This document shows, piece after piece, positions 1 to 9,523 of a stretch of 64,000 nt of DNA. Position numbers and translations under genes: made by a program. This DNA comes from a virus. Below the pieces are notes generated by a model that saw nothing but the letters and a program-made list of their open reading frames with translations, had not been told where the DNA came from and did not search any database. The stretch is taken from the IMG/VR virus record IMGVR_UViG_3300023235_001181, one strand, 5' to 3'. Numbering within the stretch: position 1 is the stretch's first letter; the number at the start of each line of letters is the position of its first letter.

Positions 1-121
1 CTGATGAGGGCGATGAGCTTCTTGAGCTTCTTGAGATCGCCGTGTACGTCACCGAACACGACACAAGGGTTGTCTGACATATAGGCTCCAGGGCTACTCT
101 CGATAGACACCGGAGTATGGG

Positions 122-712
122 TCAGTAGGCCAAAATCCGCTTGAGATGATCTCGTCTTTTGCCCCAGCGAGTACCGAACTCTTCGATACTGTCCGGTGCG
201 GGGTCTGTCATCAGCTCGAGCCAGTGGTCCTCAACCCCCGCCCCGAAGTTTCGGATGTGTCCGTCCTCGATGAGTTGTCGTGCGAACAGTAGGGTCCGAA
301 GGCTGTGCCACACCTTCTTCCGGGCCTTGTCTGGGTCCGCTTGTATCAGCTTGACACCCTTGGCGAAGTCAGCATCGCTTGACGCCACGACACGGGCCTT
401 GAGCTTGTCGCCGTTCAGGGTCCATGCCCACGCCCGCGTACATACCATCCGGTGCGACTCGGGTGCCCAGAGCGCCTCCAGTGCGTAGAGACTCTGCTCG
501 TTGAGGGCAAGCTGGTATTCCAACGGGTTGTAGAGCGTGACGTTGTAGTCCCTGCCGAACAGAAGGTTCTTGATGACCGGCTCTTCGACCACCGCCACGA
601 AGTCCGTGTCACTCCCTTGCGTGGAGCAGCCGTACACCTGTGAGCCAACCCGCGCCGCAAAGACGATGGTCTTCCCAAAGAGGATCCGCTGTAGGTCAGT
701 CGTCGTCAACAT
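122..712 (-). CDS. nucleotidyltransferase (Pol-beta superfamily, PF10127/RlaP-like)
   Basis: 196 aa; GS-x9-DTD motif (GSQVYGCSTQGSDTDFV) typical of minimal NTases. Confidence 0.6.
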   Translation of the reverse strand: MLTTTDLQRILFGKTIVFAARVGSQVYGCSTQGSDTDFVAVVEEPVIKNLLFGRDYNVTLYNPLEYQLALNEQSLYALEALWAPESHRMVCTRAWAWTLNGDKLKARVVASSDADFAKGVKLIQADPDKARKKVWHSLRTLLFARQLIEDGHIRNFGAGVEDHWLELMTDPAPDSIEEFGTRWGKRRDHLKRILAY

Positions 713-1421
713 CGAACAAAATGTCCCAGATGGTCAGGGGTGGAGGTGGTAGTAGGCTACACGGTGTTCCAGGTCCAAGGCTGATCTCGCCACAAGGGTT
801 TCCACCGGGTCCACTCACGTAGCTGACTCTCGGAGGTCCGCCAAGGACGCCCCAGTTGTTTGTCCTCTGCCGCTCCCTCAGCCTTTGGACAAAGGATGCG
901 CGCTCGTTCTGGTCGGCTGCCTCCTCTGCCCGTGCCTCCTGCGTGATCCTCATCTCTTCGAAGCGCTCGCTGAGGCTTACTTGGTGCGCGGGCATGTCAC
1001 GGTTCATGAGTGGCTGGATGTTCAGAGCCTCTCGTATCCCCTCAAGGGTCAGGGGTTCGTGCTCTTCATTCGACACCGTGTTGTTCCAGGGGGAGTCCTC
1101 CCCCGAAGGGGTGACGGTGTTTTCCCACGAGCTCCCCACATCTACGTCGACGTTGATGAAGGCCTCCGCATACCTCTCCATCTCGTCGTGTAGGGCCGCG
1201 AAGTTTGCTTGCACGTCGATGGTCGCTTCAACCAGCGCCTCCATCCTATTGCGGATCAGTGCCGCGACCTCCTCATCCGCTGAGCGAGGGCTGAGATCAA
1301 CCCAGTAGGCTATCTCGTCATGGACGGTGGAGGCGATTGGGGTGATCTCAACGGTAGCTGGGTCGTAGAACCCATTGAGTCCGTAGCCGTCGTCTACGTC
1401 GTCATCACCCGGCATCGTCAT
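696..1421 (-). CDS. hypothetical acidic protein
   Basis: 241-aa ORF in sense with neighbours, stop/start overlap with flanking genes; D/E-rich; start may be internal. Confidence 0.45.
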   Translation of the reverse strand: MTMPGDDDVDDGYGLNGFYDPATVEITPIASTVHDEIAYWVDLSPRSADEEVAALIRNRMEALVEATIDVQANFAALHDEMERYAEAFINVDVDVGSSWENTVTPSGEDSPWNNTVSNEEHEPLTLEGIREALNIQPLMNRDMPAHQVSLSERFEEMRITQEARAEEAADQNERASFVQRLRERQRTNNWGVLGGPPRVSYVSGPGGNPCGEISLGPGTPCSLLPPPPLTIWDILFDVDDD

Positions 1422-2163
1422 TCATCAGCATTCCCAGGCGCGAGCCGGGCAGTGGGTCGGCGTCGGGGTTCATCACCCGGTGAGCGTAGTTCTCCTTCAT
1501 GCGGCGGATGGATGCTGCTGAGCACTCGTCCGGGTGGCGTCCGGCGAGCAGCTCACCTTCCATGTTGAACACCTCGGTGTTCCAGGCTTCGAGCTCTGCC
1601 TGGCTACGGGTCTCGTGTCCACGGTACTCAGCGGGGACGTAGTCGAGGGCGAGGAAGAGGCGGTTGCGGGTCTTCACGATGGCCTTGTGGAACTCAGCGA
1701 AGCGCATGAGGAAGCGGAAGAGCATGATGTTGCCGATGCCCCAAGCAACCACCATCGCCACAACCCAGCCGTAGCTCTCAGGCTGGGCGGTCGTCATCAG
1801 GTAGGCTTCCGCAACAATGACGCCGATGTCGATCACCTTCTTGACGTAGTAGCCCACGGTGTAGAGCTCGTAGCGGCTACGCCATTGGATGATGTTCTCG
1901 TCGTACACCATGTTGATGCGCCACGGACGTCCACGTTCGGCGAGGAGCGGAAGGATCCACTCCTTCACCATGCTGTTCTTGACTCCGTCGTTGAGGTATC
2001 GCTCGGCGGCGTCCCACTGCTCCCGGTCGAACAGGCTACCCAGATCGTTGGACACCTTCGTTGGATCGATCTTGGTGATGGCGAGGATGAGTGCCAAACA
2101 CGCGATGATCAATACGTGCATGACCACGTAGAACTTAGCGACGGTGATGAAGGTGATGACCAC
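1405..2163 (-). CDS. membrane protein (multiple TM helices)
   Basis: 252 aa; several hydrophobic segments (VITFITVAKFYVVMHVLIIACLALILAI; WVVAMVVAWGIGNIMLF). Confidence 0.5.
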   Translation of the reverse strand: MVITFITVAKFYVVMHVLIIACLALILAITKIDPTKVSNDLGSLFDREQWDAAERYLNDGVKNSMVKEWILPLLAERGRPWRINMVYDENIIQWRSRYELYTVGYYVKKVIDIGVIVAEAYLMTTAQPESYGWVVAMVVAWGIGNIMLFRFLMRFAEFHKAIVKTRNRLFLALDYVPAEYRGHETRSQAELEAWNTEVFNMEGELLAGRHPDECSAASIRRMKENYAHRVMNPDADPLPGSRLGMLMNDDAG

Positions 2164-2298
2164 GATGTACTTCTCCGATTGAGGGCTTGATTACTGGAAC
2201 ACGATGATGAGCCCATTCATGCAGAGGCTTCGACACTTCAGAATCCTTTTATAGTTCTTGATGGTGCCTATCGTGGCGAGCCCAATCAAGGAGAAGGC

Positions 2299-2613
2299 AT
2301 GGCTGAAGACAAGACATCGACAGGGGTAGTGATTCCCAAGTGGCTCTTCGGCATTGTGACCTCCGTGGGTACGGTTGTGTTCCTCGCCCTTGGAGGCTGG
2401 GTAGTAAATACCTGGGACAACCCCGCCAAGATTGAGAGCCTCGAAGCCCGTATCGTTGTGCTGGAGTCTGACCGGACGGAGGCAAAGCTCGAGCGCCAGG
2501 CCTCGTTGGGCAAGCTGAACACCACCATCGCCCTCATGCAGAGTGACGTGAACAGGCTGGCTGAATCCAACGCCGAGCTCCGTCCGCTCATCTTGGAGGC
2601 GATTGCACGATGA
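2299..2613 (+). CDS. membrane-anchored coiled-coil protein (i-spanin-like topology)
   Basis: 104 aa; N-terminal TM (WLFGIVTSVGTVVFLALGGWVV) then heptad-like coiled coil; 4-nt overlap with next ORF; first gene of plus-strand island after divergent gap 2164-2298. Confidence 0.5.
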   Translation: MAEDKTSTGVVIPKWLFGIVTSVGTVVFLALGGWVVNTWDNPAKIESLEARIVVLESDRTEAKLERQASLGKLNTTIALMQSDVNRLAESNAELRPLILEAIAR

Positions 2614-3017
2614 GAAACGTACTACCGCTTGCTCTGTTGGCCCTCATGCTGACCTCCTCAAGCGTGAGAGCACAGGAGGAAACCCCTCCCGCATACGCCG
2701 AGCAACGTGAGCAGGTTGAGGCGGTCGCAGAACAGACCAAGGTGGTCGCAGAACAGACCAGCGCTCTCATCTGCTACCTGAAGGACAAGCGTGCCATCGA
2801 CCTGAAGGAATGCGACATCCCTGACGGATGGGTCCAGCCCGTGCTCGACGTCTACGACGTTGAGGGAGCTACCTGCTCACAGATCCCTGCCCGCAAGGCT
2901 TCAGAGCTGATTGCCCGTGCTGCCATCGAGGCTGACATCGTAGCGGTTCAGGCAGCCTGGACCGTAGAAGAGATCTGGAACAATAAGGGTGGACCGCCGC
3001 CCGTACTGCCCGAATAG
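2610..3017 (+). CDS. secreted protein with cleavable signal peptide
   Basis: 135 aa; MRNVLPLALLALMLTSSSVRA-QEE signal peptide; no lipobox Cys. Confidence 0.5.
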   Translation: MRNVLPLALLALMLTSSSVRAQEETPPAYAEQREQVEAVAEQTKVVAEQTSALICYLKDKRAIDLKECDIPDGWVQPVLDVYDVEGATCSQIPARKASELIARAAIEADIVAVQAAWTVEEIWNNKGGPPPVLPE

Positions 3018-3033
3018 GAAGGACATCATGATC

Positions 3034-3819
3034 TCAAAGGACATCCAGAAGCTCGCTCGCAACGTGACGGGTGGTGGAAGTGGAATCGACGGCTACGTGC
3101 CCATCAGCCGTGCCACATCGGCTGAGAAAGCTCATCGTCTACTGGTAGATGATGACCCCAACCGAGGGAGCTACTCGGGCGGGTGGTCCACGGTGAGCTA
3201 CTACGGCAGGACTCACCGTGAGCCCATGACGCTGGACGCTGCCCGAGACTTCTCCGAGCAGCGAATGGATCGGATGGACAAGGGGGACGCCGAGGGCATC
3301 AAGATCATCGAATCCTCGGTGGTAGATGAGCGCTCAGAGGTTGTCAAGGTGAAGGCTGGGAACGCGGGTGATGCCCGTATGCTGGGCGTTGCCAAGGTGA
3401 AAAAGAGCCTTCGCGCCCGCAAGAACGTGGTAGACACTCTCCACGCGGCTCATAGAGCTACGAAGCTTCGGGACGGCGGACGTACTCCCATGGTGGCAGC
3501 GGATTGGGGCAAGAGCGGATGGATTGTCCTGCACACCACTCACGGCTTCCGGTCCAACACCATCTCCGGACAGTTCCTCGCAGGCGGTGCTGTTTTGTCC
3601 AAGGCGAAAGCCAAGCAAGCAATTCAGGAGCACTACGAGACGGACCACTACGCAGGAAAGACCCAGTACCTGATGGTTGACGTGTATCCCGGTGCCGTAC
3701 TCACGCCTTCAGGCACAGCATCCGCACTACCCACCTGGGAAGTGACGGTGTACATCAAGCGAGTGAAGACGGGCACCAAGCCAATCGGCTGGTACATCTT
3801 CGGCATCGCTTCAACATAG
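3034..3819 (+). CDS. hypothetical protein
   Basis: ORF 2989-3819; likely start MISKD at 3034; 261 aa. Confidence 0.45.
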   Translation, partial: SKDIQKLARNVTGGGSGIDGYVPISRATSAEKAHRLLVDDDPNRGSYSGGWSTVSYYGRTHREPMTLDAARDFSEQRMDRMDKGDAEGIKIIESSVVDERSEVVKVKAGNAGDARMLGVAKVKKSLRARKNVVDTLHAAHRATKLRDGGRTPMVAADWGKSGWIVLHTTHGFRSNTISGQFLAGGAVLSKAKAKQAIQEHYETDHYAGKTQYLMVDVYPGAVLTPSGTASALPTWEVTVYIKRVKTGTKPIGWYIFGIAST

Positions 3820-3829
3820 GAAGACACAC

Positions 3830-4123
3830 ATGCCAATCAAGTACATTGATATCGCTGAGTTCACCCGGCTGGGCTACCTACAAGAGCTGAACCGTCAGTT
3901 CCTACATCCCCTGGGCATGGCCCTCGAGGTTGTGGTTGAGGATGACGGCACTGAGCGCCTGGGTGGTGTTTGGGACTACAGAGACGACCCGGACGGAATG
4001 GCCTACGGTGAAGTAGATTCCGGCAAGGTCGCAATGGTGGAAGCCATCCTCCGCGAGAAGCTCCCGAAGCGGATGGCCCGGATGGGCTTCGTAGTGCAGC
4101 CGCCAAGCGCCGTAGTCGATTAG
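3830..4123 (+). CDS. hypothetical protein
   Basis: 97 aa; convergent with minus-strand gene at 4120. Confidence 0.4.
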   Translation: MPIKYIDIAEFTRLGYLQELNRQFLHPLGMALEVVVEDDGTERLGGVWDYRDDPDGMAYGEVDSGKVAMVEAILREKLPKRMARMGFVVQPPSAVVD

Positions 4124-4386
4124 GCCGAAGGCACCTCAGTCACTACAACACCGTCGGGGTCAATGGCCTCAACGACGGGTAGGTCGATCTCCACGAAGCG
4201 GATGCTCTGGATGGTGTCTTGGTACTTCTCCAAGCCAGCCGCAGCGATGACGGCCTTGCGCATGTGCTGTCCTTGGGTGTCGATGTCGGCCCCGTCCCAG
4301 CCCACAATGGCAAGGCGGATGTCATCGCCGTCGAGGTACTGAAGCACGCAGGTCAGAACGGTTACGGGTGCCATGGGAATCTCCAA
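4120..4386 (-). CDS. hypothetical protein
   Basis: 88-aa ORF; start overlaps stop of next gene. Confidence 0.4.
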   Translation of the reverse strand: MEIPMAPVTVLTCVLQYLDGDDIRLAIVGWDGADIDTQGQHMRKAVIAAAGLEKYQDTIQSIRFVEIDLPVVEAIDPDGVVVTEVPSA

Positions 4387-4394
4387 CTCGTCGA

Positions 4395-4892
4395 TTAGAT
4401 CGTGAGGCCCTTGAGGCCCAAGGAGCGAGCAAAGCGGTTGAGGTCGCGCATGTCGCGGCGAAACGCACGCTCTTCCTTGTCACCGCGCCACACCGCTTCA
4501 GCGTGTGCCGGATCCCGCTTCACAAGCAGGCAACCCTTGGGGTGGAGGCGTACAGCCTCCGTGGGGCTCTTGGTGTCCGAGAGGCACCACATGGCGGCGA
4601 GGATCAGGATGTCCTCTTCGGCGGCGAGCTTCTCTGCGGCTTCCAACTCGCGGCGAGCCTGAGCAGAGGCAAGCTGGCGAGCTTCGATGTCGGCCATGGC
4701 GTTGAGCACACGCACCTGATCCTCACTGAGGTCAGCAGCGTCAACTTCATCGTCCATCTCTTCCCAGGCTTGCCCGTTGGGTACGGTGCGTCCAGTGGGA
4801 AGAATGAGTGCGCCGTCATCCAAGCTAACAGCCATGAGGCCGCGCCGGTTGCGGTAGCCAATGATGCTGTCGATGTCTGCTGTAAGGGTCAT
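4395..4892 (-). CDS. hypothetical protein
   Basis: ATG at 4892 preceded by GGAGAGG SD; promoter-like motif 4917-4945 upstream; ORF track extends to TTG at 4913. Confidence 0.5.
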   Translation of the reverse strand: MTLTADIDSIIGYRNRRGLMAVSLDDGALILPTGRTVPNGQAWEEMDDEVDAADLSEDQVRVLNAMADIEARQLASAQARRELEAAEKLAAEEDILILAAMWCLSDTKSPTEAVRLHPKGCLLVKRDPAHAEAVWRGDKEERAFRRDMRDLNRFARSLGLKGLTI

Positions 4893-4916
4893 GTTCCTCT
4901 CCGTGCTACTCAACCA

Positions 4917-4945
4917 ACGAGTTGAGGGCAGAGAGAGTCAGAGCC
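4917..4945 (-). promoter_or_regulatory. bipartite promoter-like motif (GGCTCTGACT-N16-CGTTG) upstream of 4395-4892
   Basis: minus-sense caaaaGGCTCTGACTctctctgccctcaactCGTTGgttgaGTAGCACGGAGaggaacATG. Confidence 0.5.
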
Positions 4946-4957
4946 TTTTGCAGAAAA

Positions 4958-5350
4958 TCAGTTGGACGTCGTTGCACTCACCGGGTCGGGTGCGGTCGCC
5001 GGGTGTACCGAACGGATCATGTCCGGGTAGAAGTCGTGCGTGGAGCCAGCCGGGTGCAGCTTCTTGGTGCCACGGTCCTCGAGCAGTTCCACCTTGACGC
5101 GCTTCTTGTTCACGGTGAGCACTCGGACACGGGTCTTCTGCCCGTGAGAGGTACCGATCATCAGCTCGTCGCCGGAGTTGATCTCAGCGAGGTTCACCGT
5201 GGGAGTTGCCTCCGCGCCGATGATGCCGGGGTGTCCCAAGGCGCGTAGCTTGCGGTCTGCCTTCTTGCAGATCTTCGCGAGCATGTCTTGGTCTTCGATG
5301 CCGCCGACGGCATACAGGATGCCTTCCAGAACCTTGTCCATTGTCTTCAT
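4958..5350 (-). CDS. hypothetical protein
   Basis: 130-aa ORF, K/R-rich centre. Confidence 0.45.
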   Translation of the reverse strand: MKTMDKVLEGILYAVGGIEDQDMLAKICKKADRKLRALGHPGIIGAEATPTVNLAEINSGDELMIGTSHGQKTRVRVLTVNKKRVKVELLEDRGTKKLHPAGSTHDFYPDMIRSVHPATAPDPVSATTSN

Positions 5351-5439
5351 CCTTTTCGGGGGGTTGAGGCATTGTGCCTCTGGTCATGTCCATCAACACT
5401 CACATGATGGCTGGAGTGTGAGTTCGAGTCTCTCGAAAC

Positions 5440-6987
5440 CTACGGAAGTCTGAGAATGTTGATGCCGTCGTCCGTGTGGCGCACCACCTCGTACCCGTGG
5501 CTGATGTAGTAGTCCTTCACCTTGCACAGGTCATGGGCAGCCACCGTGAGTCGCCTTGCAACAAAGGTCTCGGCTACGTGCTTGCCCACACCCATCCCAC
5601 GGTAACCAGGTAGCAGGTACGCGGAGTTCCAGTCCTCATACTGAGCCACGAGCCCGGCGATTCTGCCCCATGCGATCACGGGCGTCAGCTTGCTCTCGGC
5701 AAGGATCTCTTCCTGTCCTACGTCACGGATGTGCTGAGCCCATTCGAGCTTCACGTCTTCCCATTCCGAGCGCATGAACGCTACGTCACCATCACCGAAC
5801 CCGATGAGCGTGCCGTGGTTCACAAGGTCCAGGGTCCAGCTCTGGGAGAGGCGGTACGGTCCGAGGCAGTGCAAGATCTCCTGCGCCTCTTGCACCGTTC
5901 CGCACGGGTACGGGTAGACGGTCTTGGTGTGCGGTACGACGTAGCCACCGTGGAAGTGCAGCAGCGCCTTGAGTCCCTTCATGTCGTGATAAAGGCGCGC
6001 GTGTACCGAGCAGTCGATGGAAGGCTTGACAGTGCCATGAGCGCGCGTCAAACGATCAGAGATGTCAGCACTCGCAAAGATGAACTCGTCCGGCTTCACG
6101 TCACCCTTCTGCACACCGCGCGGGGTAGCCCAGAAGTGGGTGGGGATGGAGCTGATGAGCTGGGTCACGTTGCCGTCAGAGCTGTCAAGGAGGTTGGCCT
6201 CTTGAGCGAAGGCGAGCAGGGCTTGTGCCTCCTCCAAGGAGTCCACGAAGGTGTCCTTGGGGTCAACACCAGGGTAGAGCACGTCTTCGTCGTACAGCTC
6301 GGTCCTGCTCCACTGCACAGCTTGACGGTTGATGCAGAGGTCGACAATGGCTGCGGAAACATCCGTCTTGGAGCCTTCAAGCGGTATGGCCCCTCCCTCT
6401 GGGGTCACCGCGTAGCACGGATGCAGTCCCTTGTTCTCGGGGAGGCTGAGCTTGCTCCAATCGTTCGCGATGGTCAGGTTGATGCGACAGCTCTTCACCT
6501 GCGCCAGTGCCACGCTGATCAACTCATCGTCAGTCACGTCGCTCAGGAGCTTCCACCCTACGATGAAGGGACGGTTGGGCACCCACTCCCTCAGGTTGGC
6601 GAGGATCTTGGGCGTGCGCTTGAGGACGAGCGTCTGCTCGTCGTTCTTGGAGCGGATCTTCCCTTCCACGGGGACGGGAGCGTAGTCGCTGATGGCAGCG
6701 GGCATCAGGATGAAGTCGAAGTCACCCGTGTTTGCCAGGTCCTTCACTTGGTCGTAGAGCTCTTGGTACGTGCGGAACGTGTAGATGCCGCTCACGCCTC
6801 CGACGGTGTCCCCGTACATGCTCAAGGTGCGTTCAGCGGCGAGAAGCGTCACGTTGACACCCCTCGCCGCGAACAGATTGGCGACGGTACACCCGAACCG
6901 ACCCTTGGAGCGGTTGGTGATGACGCGGACGTCGTCGATGTCGACTTCCGTGCCTCCGGTCACGACAAGGGCTCTCAGTTCAGGCAT
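5440..6987 (-). CDS. multidomain enzyme: N-terminal CoaB/DFP-like (phosphopantothenate-cysteine ligase fold) domain + central unknown domain + C-terminal GNAT-like domain
   Basis: 515 aa; ITNRSKGRFGCTVANLFAARGVNVTLL matches CoaB ISNxSSGKMG...GA-VTL signature; C-terminal LLPGYRGMGVGKHV resembles GNAT motif A. Confidence 0.55.
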   Translation of the reverse strand: MPELRALVVTGGTEVDIDDVRVITNRSKGRFGCTVANLFAARGVNVTLLAAERTLSMYGDTVGGVSGIYTFRTYQELYDQVKDLANTGDFDFILMPAAISDYAPVPVEGKIRSKNDEQTLVLKRTPKILANLREWVPNRPFIVGWKLLSDVTDDELISVALAQVKSCRINLTIANDWSKLSLPENKGLHPCYAVTPEGGAIPLEGSKTDVSAAIVDLCINRQAVQWSRTELYDEDVLYPGVDPKDTFVDSLEEAQALLAFAQEANLLDSSDGNVTQLISSIPTHFWATPRGVQKGDVKPDEFIFASADISDRLTRAHGTVKPSIDCSVHARLYHDMKGLKALLHFHGGYVVPHTKTVYPYPCGTVQEAQEILHCLGPYRLSQSWTLDLVNHGTLIGFGDGDVAFMRSEWEDVKLEWAQHIRDVGQEEILAESKLTPVIAWGRIAGLVAQYEDWNSAYLLPGYRGMGVGKHVAETFVARRLTVAAHDLCKVKDYYISHGYEVVRHTDDGINILRLP

Positions 6988-7001
6988 GTCTCTCTCCGTG
7001 G

Positions 7002-7721
7002 CTACTCGCCGTCCATGATCATGTCGAGCCGTGCGTGTCCGGGCTCAGGCCAGTAGGCATCGACGCTCTCCCAGTCCGGGTAGTTCGTGTCGAGGTACTC
7101 CTTGCACTGCCCCTTCATCCAGTCGTTCGTGGTCTTCTCGCGCTGGTACGCGGGGTCGCCGTAGGTGACGGTCAGGGGGATGTCGGGAGGGCACTCTGCA
7201 CGGTTCACCGTGAGCAGCACCGTGTCACCGTCCACCACCTTGCAGGTGAGGTCGTCGCTGTAGTCGTAGTCGATGCTGTAGCGACGGCAGAGGTTTCCAC
7301 GGGCGTAGCGGTCGTAGGACGCTGCCTTGTAGAAGGTCGTGATGCGGGTGCGCCCGTCCTCGTCGACGATCTTGCCTGCTCGAGAGTCTTCTCCGCGCTC
7401 ACGCTTCCACCCCGGAGGGAGCTGCGCATCCTGGAAGATGGGGTCGCTGCCGGGGGACACCTTGATGCCCCACTTGGCGAGGGTCTTGAGTGCGTCGGCC
7501 CCACCGATGTCCACCGGGAGTTGAGTGGAGTTGAGGAACTCTCGGTTGCCTCGTGCTTCCTGAGCGAGGATGGCGTCCGAGCCCCTCCCGCCGATGAAGG
7601 TGTTGAGCATGGTCTCGCGGGCGAGCCGGGCTACTTCTTCCTTGGAGGTGGTGTCACCTACCTTGCGGTGTCCGGCCATCAGATCAGCCCCGCGTTGTTG
7701 AGCAACTCGTAGACGAGCCAC
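7002..7721 (-). CDS. hypothetical protein
   Basis: 239-aa ORF. Confidence 0.45.
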   Translation of the reverse strand: MARLRVAQQRGADLMAGHRKVGDTTSKEEVARLARETMLNTFIGGRGSDAILAQEARGNREFLNSTQLPVDIGGADALKTLAKWGIKVSPGSDPIFQDAQLPPGWKRERGEDSRAGKIVDEDGRTRITTFYKAASYDRYARGNLCRRYSIDYDYSDDLTCKVVDGDTVLLTVNRAECPPDIPLTVTYGDPAYQREKTTNDWMKGQCKEYLDTNYPDWESVDAYWPEPGHARLDMIMDGE

Positions 7722-7918
7722 AAGAAGCCGATGAAGCCTACGAGGCCTCCAAACGAGCCAACGCCAGCGATCTTGCCGTGACGCTTGAAGGTGGTGTCGA
7801 AGCTGGAAAAGGCGTCACCGCCCTTGGAGAAGCTCGAGGTGACGTTGCTGAAGCCAGCGATGCCTGCCCCGATGGCGATGAAGGCTCCAACAGCCATCAA
7901 GATAAAGGGTCCGATCAT
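7679..7918 (-). CDS. small membrane protein (2 TM, Gly-rich)
   Basis: 79 aa; GxxxG-rich hydrophobic helices. Confidence 0.4.
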   Translation of the reverse strand: MIGPFILMAVGAFIAIGAGIAGFSNVTSSFSKGGDAFSSFDTTFKRHGKIAGVGSFGGLVGFIGFLWLVYELLNNAGLI

Positions 7919-7976
7919 GGTGCTCTCCGTTCTTGGTTCATCACCTCAAACGTGAGATCAGGCCTCGAAGGTAAAC

Positions 7977-8564
7977 CTATTCGAGGTCTTCCGCACAATG
8001 GTCACAAGTCCGCTCACCCTTGATGTCCTTGGAGCAGTTGCCGCACACGGGGTCACCACACCCATAGCAGGTGTAGTCAGCCGCTTCGGTACCGTCGATA
8101 ACTCCACCGCCGCTCATGTAGCCAGCAGGGGCCTCGCAGCCATAGTTCACCACGTTGCACGGGTCGCCCACGGGCTCGAAGTCGCCCTGAGCCTCACGCA
8201 TCTCCCGGAAGGAGTCGTACACGGGAGCGTCCATGTCGAGTTCGGAGGGTTTGTAGAGGCCGAGGCGCTCTGCGATCCGCATCATCTGGTTGGGCGCGTT
8301 GCTCTTCTCGAGAAGGATCATGGCACCGGCACAGTGCTGCGCGTTGGGGCCGTCCACCATGTTCGAGGAGCCGTCTTCGTCATCCTCGCCAGCGACGGTG
8401 GTCTTGTGGCAGGTGAATGAGCGCTGCTGCCCAATGAGCTCGGCCTCCATCTCCTGAACGCGTCCTACACGGAGGTAGGGCGTGACGTCAGTGCGGAAAG
8501 GGCAGTTACTGCACGGCTTCTTCAGGGAATATTCGCTCACGTAGCCTCCGTCATATCGTATCAA
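7977..8564 (-). CDS. Cys-rich hypothetical protein
   Basis: 195 aa; CSNCPF..CHK..HCAGA..CYGCGDPVCGNC..CDHC motifs (probable metal binding); TTG start. Confidence 0.45.
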   Translation of the reverse strand: MIRYDGGYVSEYSLKKPCSNCPFRTDVTPYLRVGRVQEMEAELIGQQRSFTCHKTTVAGEDDEDGSSNMVDGPNAQHCAGAMILLEKSNAPNQMMRIAERLGLYKPSELDMDAPVYDSFREMREAQGDFEPVGDPCNVVNYGCEAPAGYMSGGGVIDGTEAADYTCYGCGDPVCGNCSKDIKGERTCDHCAEDLE

Positions 8565-8591
8565 CGGAGGCTACGGGCAAATAGTCAGAGC

Positions 8592-9020
8592 TCAGTCTTC
8601 CTTGTCCTTGATCGCCTTGATGAGGTCTTTGGCGTCGTACACAGGGATGCCATTCTCTTCGAGCTCTTCCTCTGCAAGAGCCTCCGCAATCATGGCCTCT
8701 TCGTCCACAGGCTCGAAGATCACGTCAAGCTTCACCCGCACTTGGTAGACGCCGGGCATGAGGCTTTCATTGGCGAGGTAGGCAGTCTCTTCGTCGGCAT
8801 CAACCCACAACGCAGTCAGAGCTGTCGCGCCGGACATCATCTGACGGAGAGTGGTACCCTCCATGAACTGTCCCTTGAAGGTGTAGCCGAGCTGTCCACG
8901 CTCGTGACCACCGATCACCTCTTCCTCTTCGTCCTCGTCGAGAATGGACTCTACGGCGGTGCGGAGAACGTACTTGGTCACACGATGGAACTGAGTCTTG
9001 ATTAGATCTCGCAACTTCAT
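8592..9020 (-). CDS. hypothetical acidic protein
   Basis: 142-aa ORF. Confidence 0.45.
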   Translation of the reverse strand: MKLRDLIKTQFHRVTKYVLRTAVESILDEDEEEEVIGGHERGQLGYTFKGQFMEGTTLRQMMSGATALTALWVDADEETAYLANESLMPGVYQVRVKLDVIFEPVDEEAMIAEALAEEELEENGIPVYDAKDLIKAIKDKED

Positions 9021-9128
9021 GAGTACTCCGGGGTTGGTGCTTACACACAGAAGAGTAGCCTCTGATCCTGCAGCCTCCGACCCGGAGATTCAATCAATGC
9101 GGGGTGTCCGCTCCCCGAGCCGTGCAGC

Positions 9129-9422
9129 TCAACCCGTCGCTTCATCAGCGGCAACCTGAGGCTGTGCTGACATGCGAATGGCATAAGCGGGACTGATGAA
9201 GGGGCTGAACCCCGTAAGGTCCGCCAGATTGATGCCCGCTCCGGAGCCGGACGTGAAGATGCGCGGTGGCGGCTTGTTGGGGATGCCGGTCATGCTTGCA
9301 CGCTCGTTGCTCTCCCACTCATCGAGAGCTTCCCACGCAGTCAGGAGGTCCCGTCCCTCGTCGGTATCCATCTCGAAGAACCGTTGTGCGCCCGCTCTGT
9401 AGGTGGCTTGGTAGACTGGCAT
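9129..9422 (-). CDS. hypothetical protein
   Basis: 97-aa ORF. Confidence 0.4.
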   Translation of the reverse strand: MPVYQATYRAGAQRFFEMDTDEGRDLLTAWEALDEWESNERASMTGIPNKPPPRIFTSGSGAGINLADLTGFSPFISPAYAIRMSAQPQVAADEATG

Positions 9423-9523
9423 TAGCTCTCCATCGTTGGTGACTGTGTGTCGACCTACAACACCAGACGCTCATCTTCGCCCGTTTGTGCTGATGGAGTG
9501 ATTTCTAAATGCTCAAGTTTATC

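Noticed and set aside
2610-3017. o-spanin (outer-membrane lipoprotein) call
   Set aside because: The signal peptide lacks a lipobox Cys (LTSSSVRA-QEE), so only a generic secreted protein can be supported.
5731-7056. 441-aa plus-strand ORF. Similar long plus-strand ORFs at 11126-12010, 22719-23903, 27450-29198, 31701-33383, 49683-51503, 56551-57834 and 58105-59598.
   Set aside because: These are antisense shadow ORFs of GC-rich minus-strand genes. Their products are R/G/V/H/A-rich with no motifs. The opposite strand carries genes with clear catalytic signatures or continuous operon structure.
9021-9128. Possible tRNA or ncRNA in a 108-bp gap (contains GAGATTCAATC resembling a T-loop)
   Set aside because: No complementary acceptor stem or anticodon arm. 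The region more likely holds a promoter and 5' UTR for 8592-9020.
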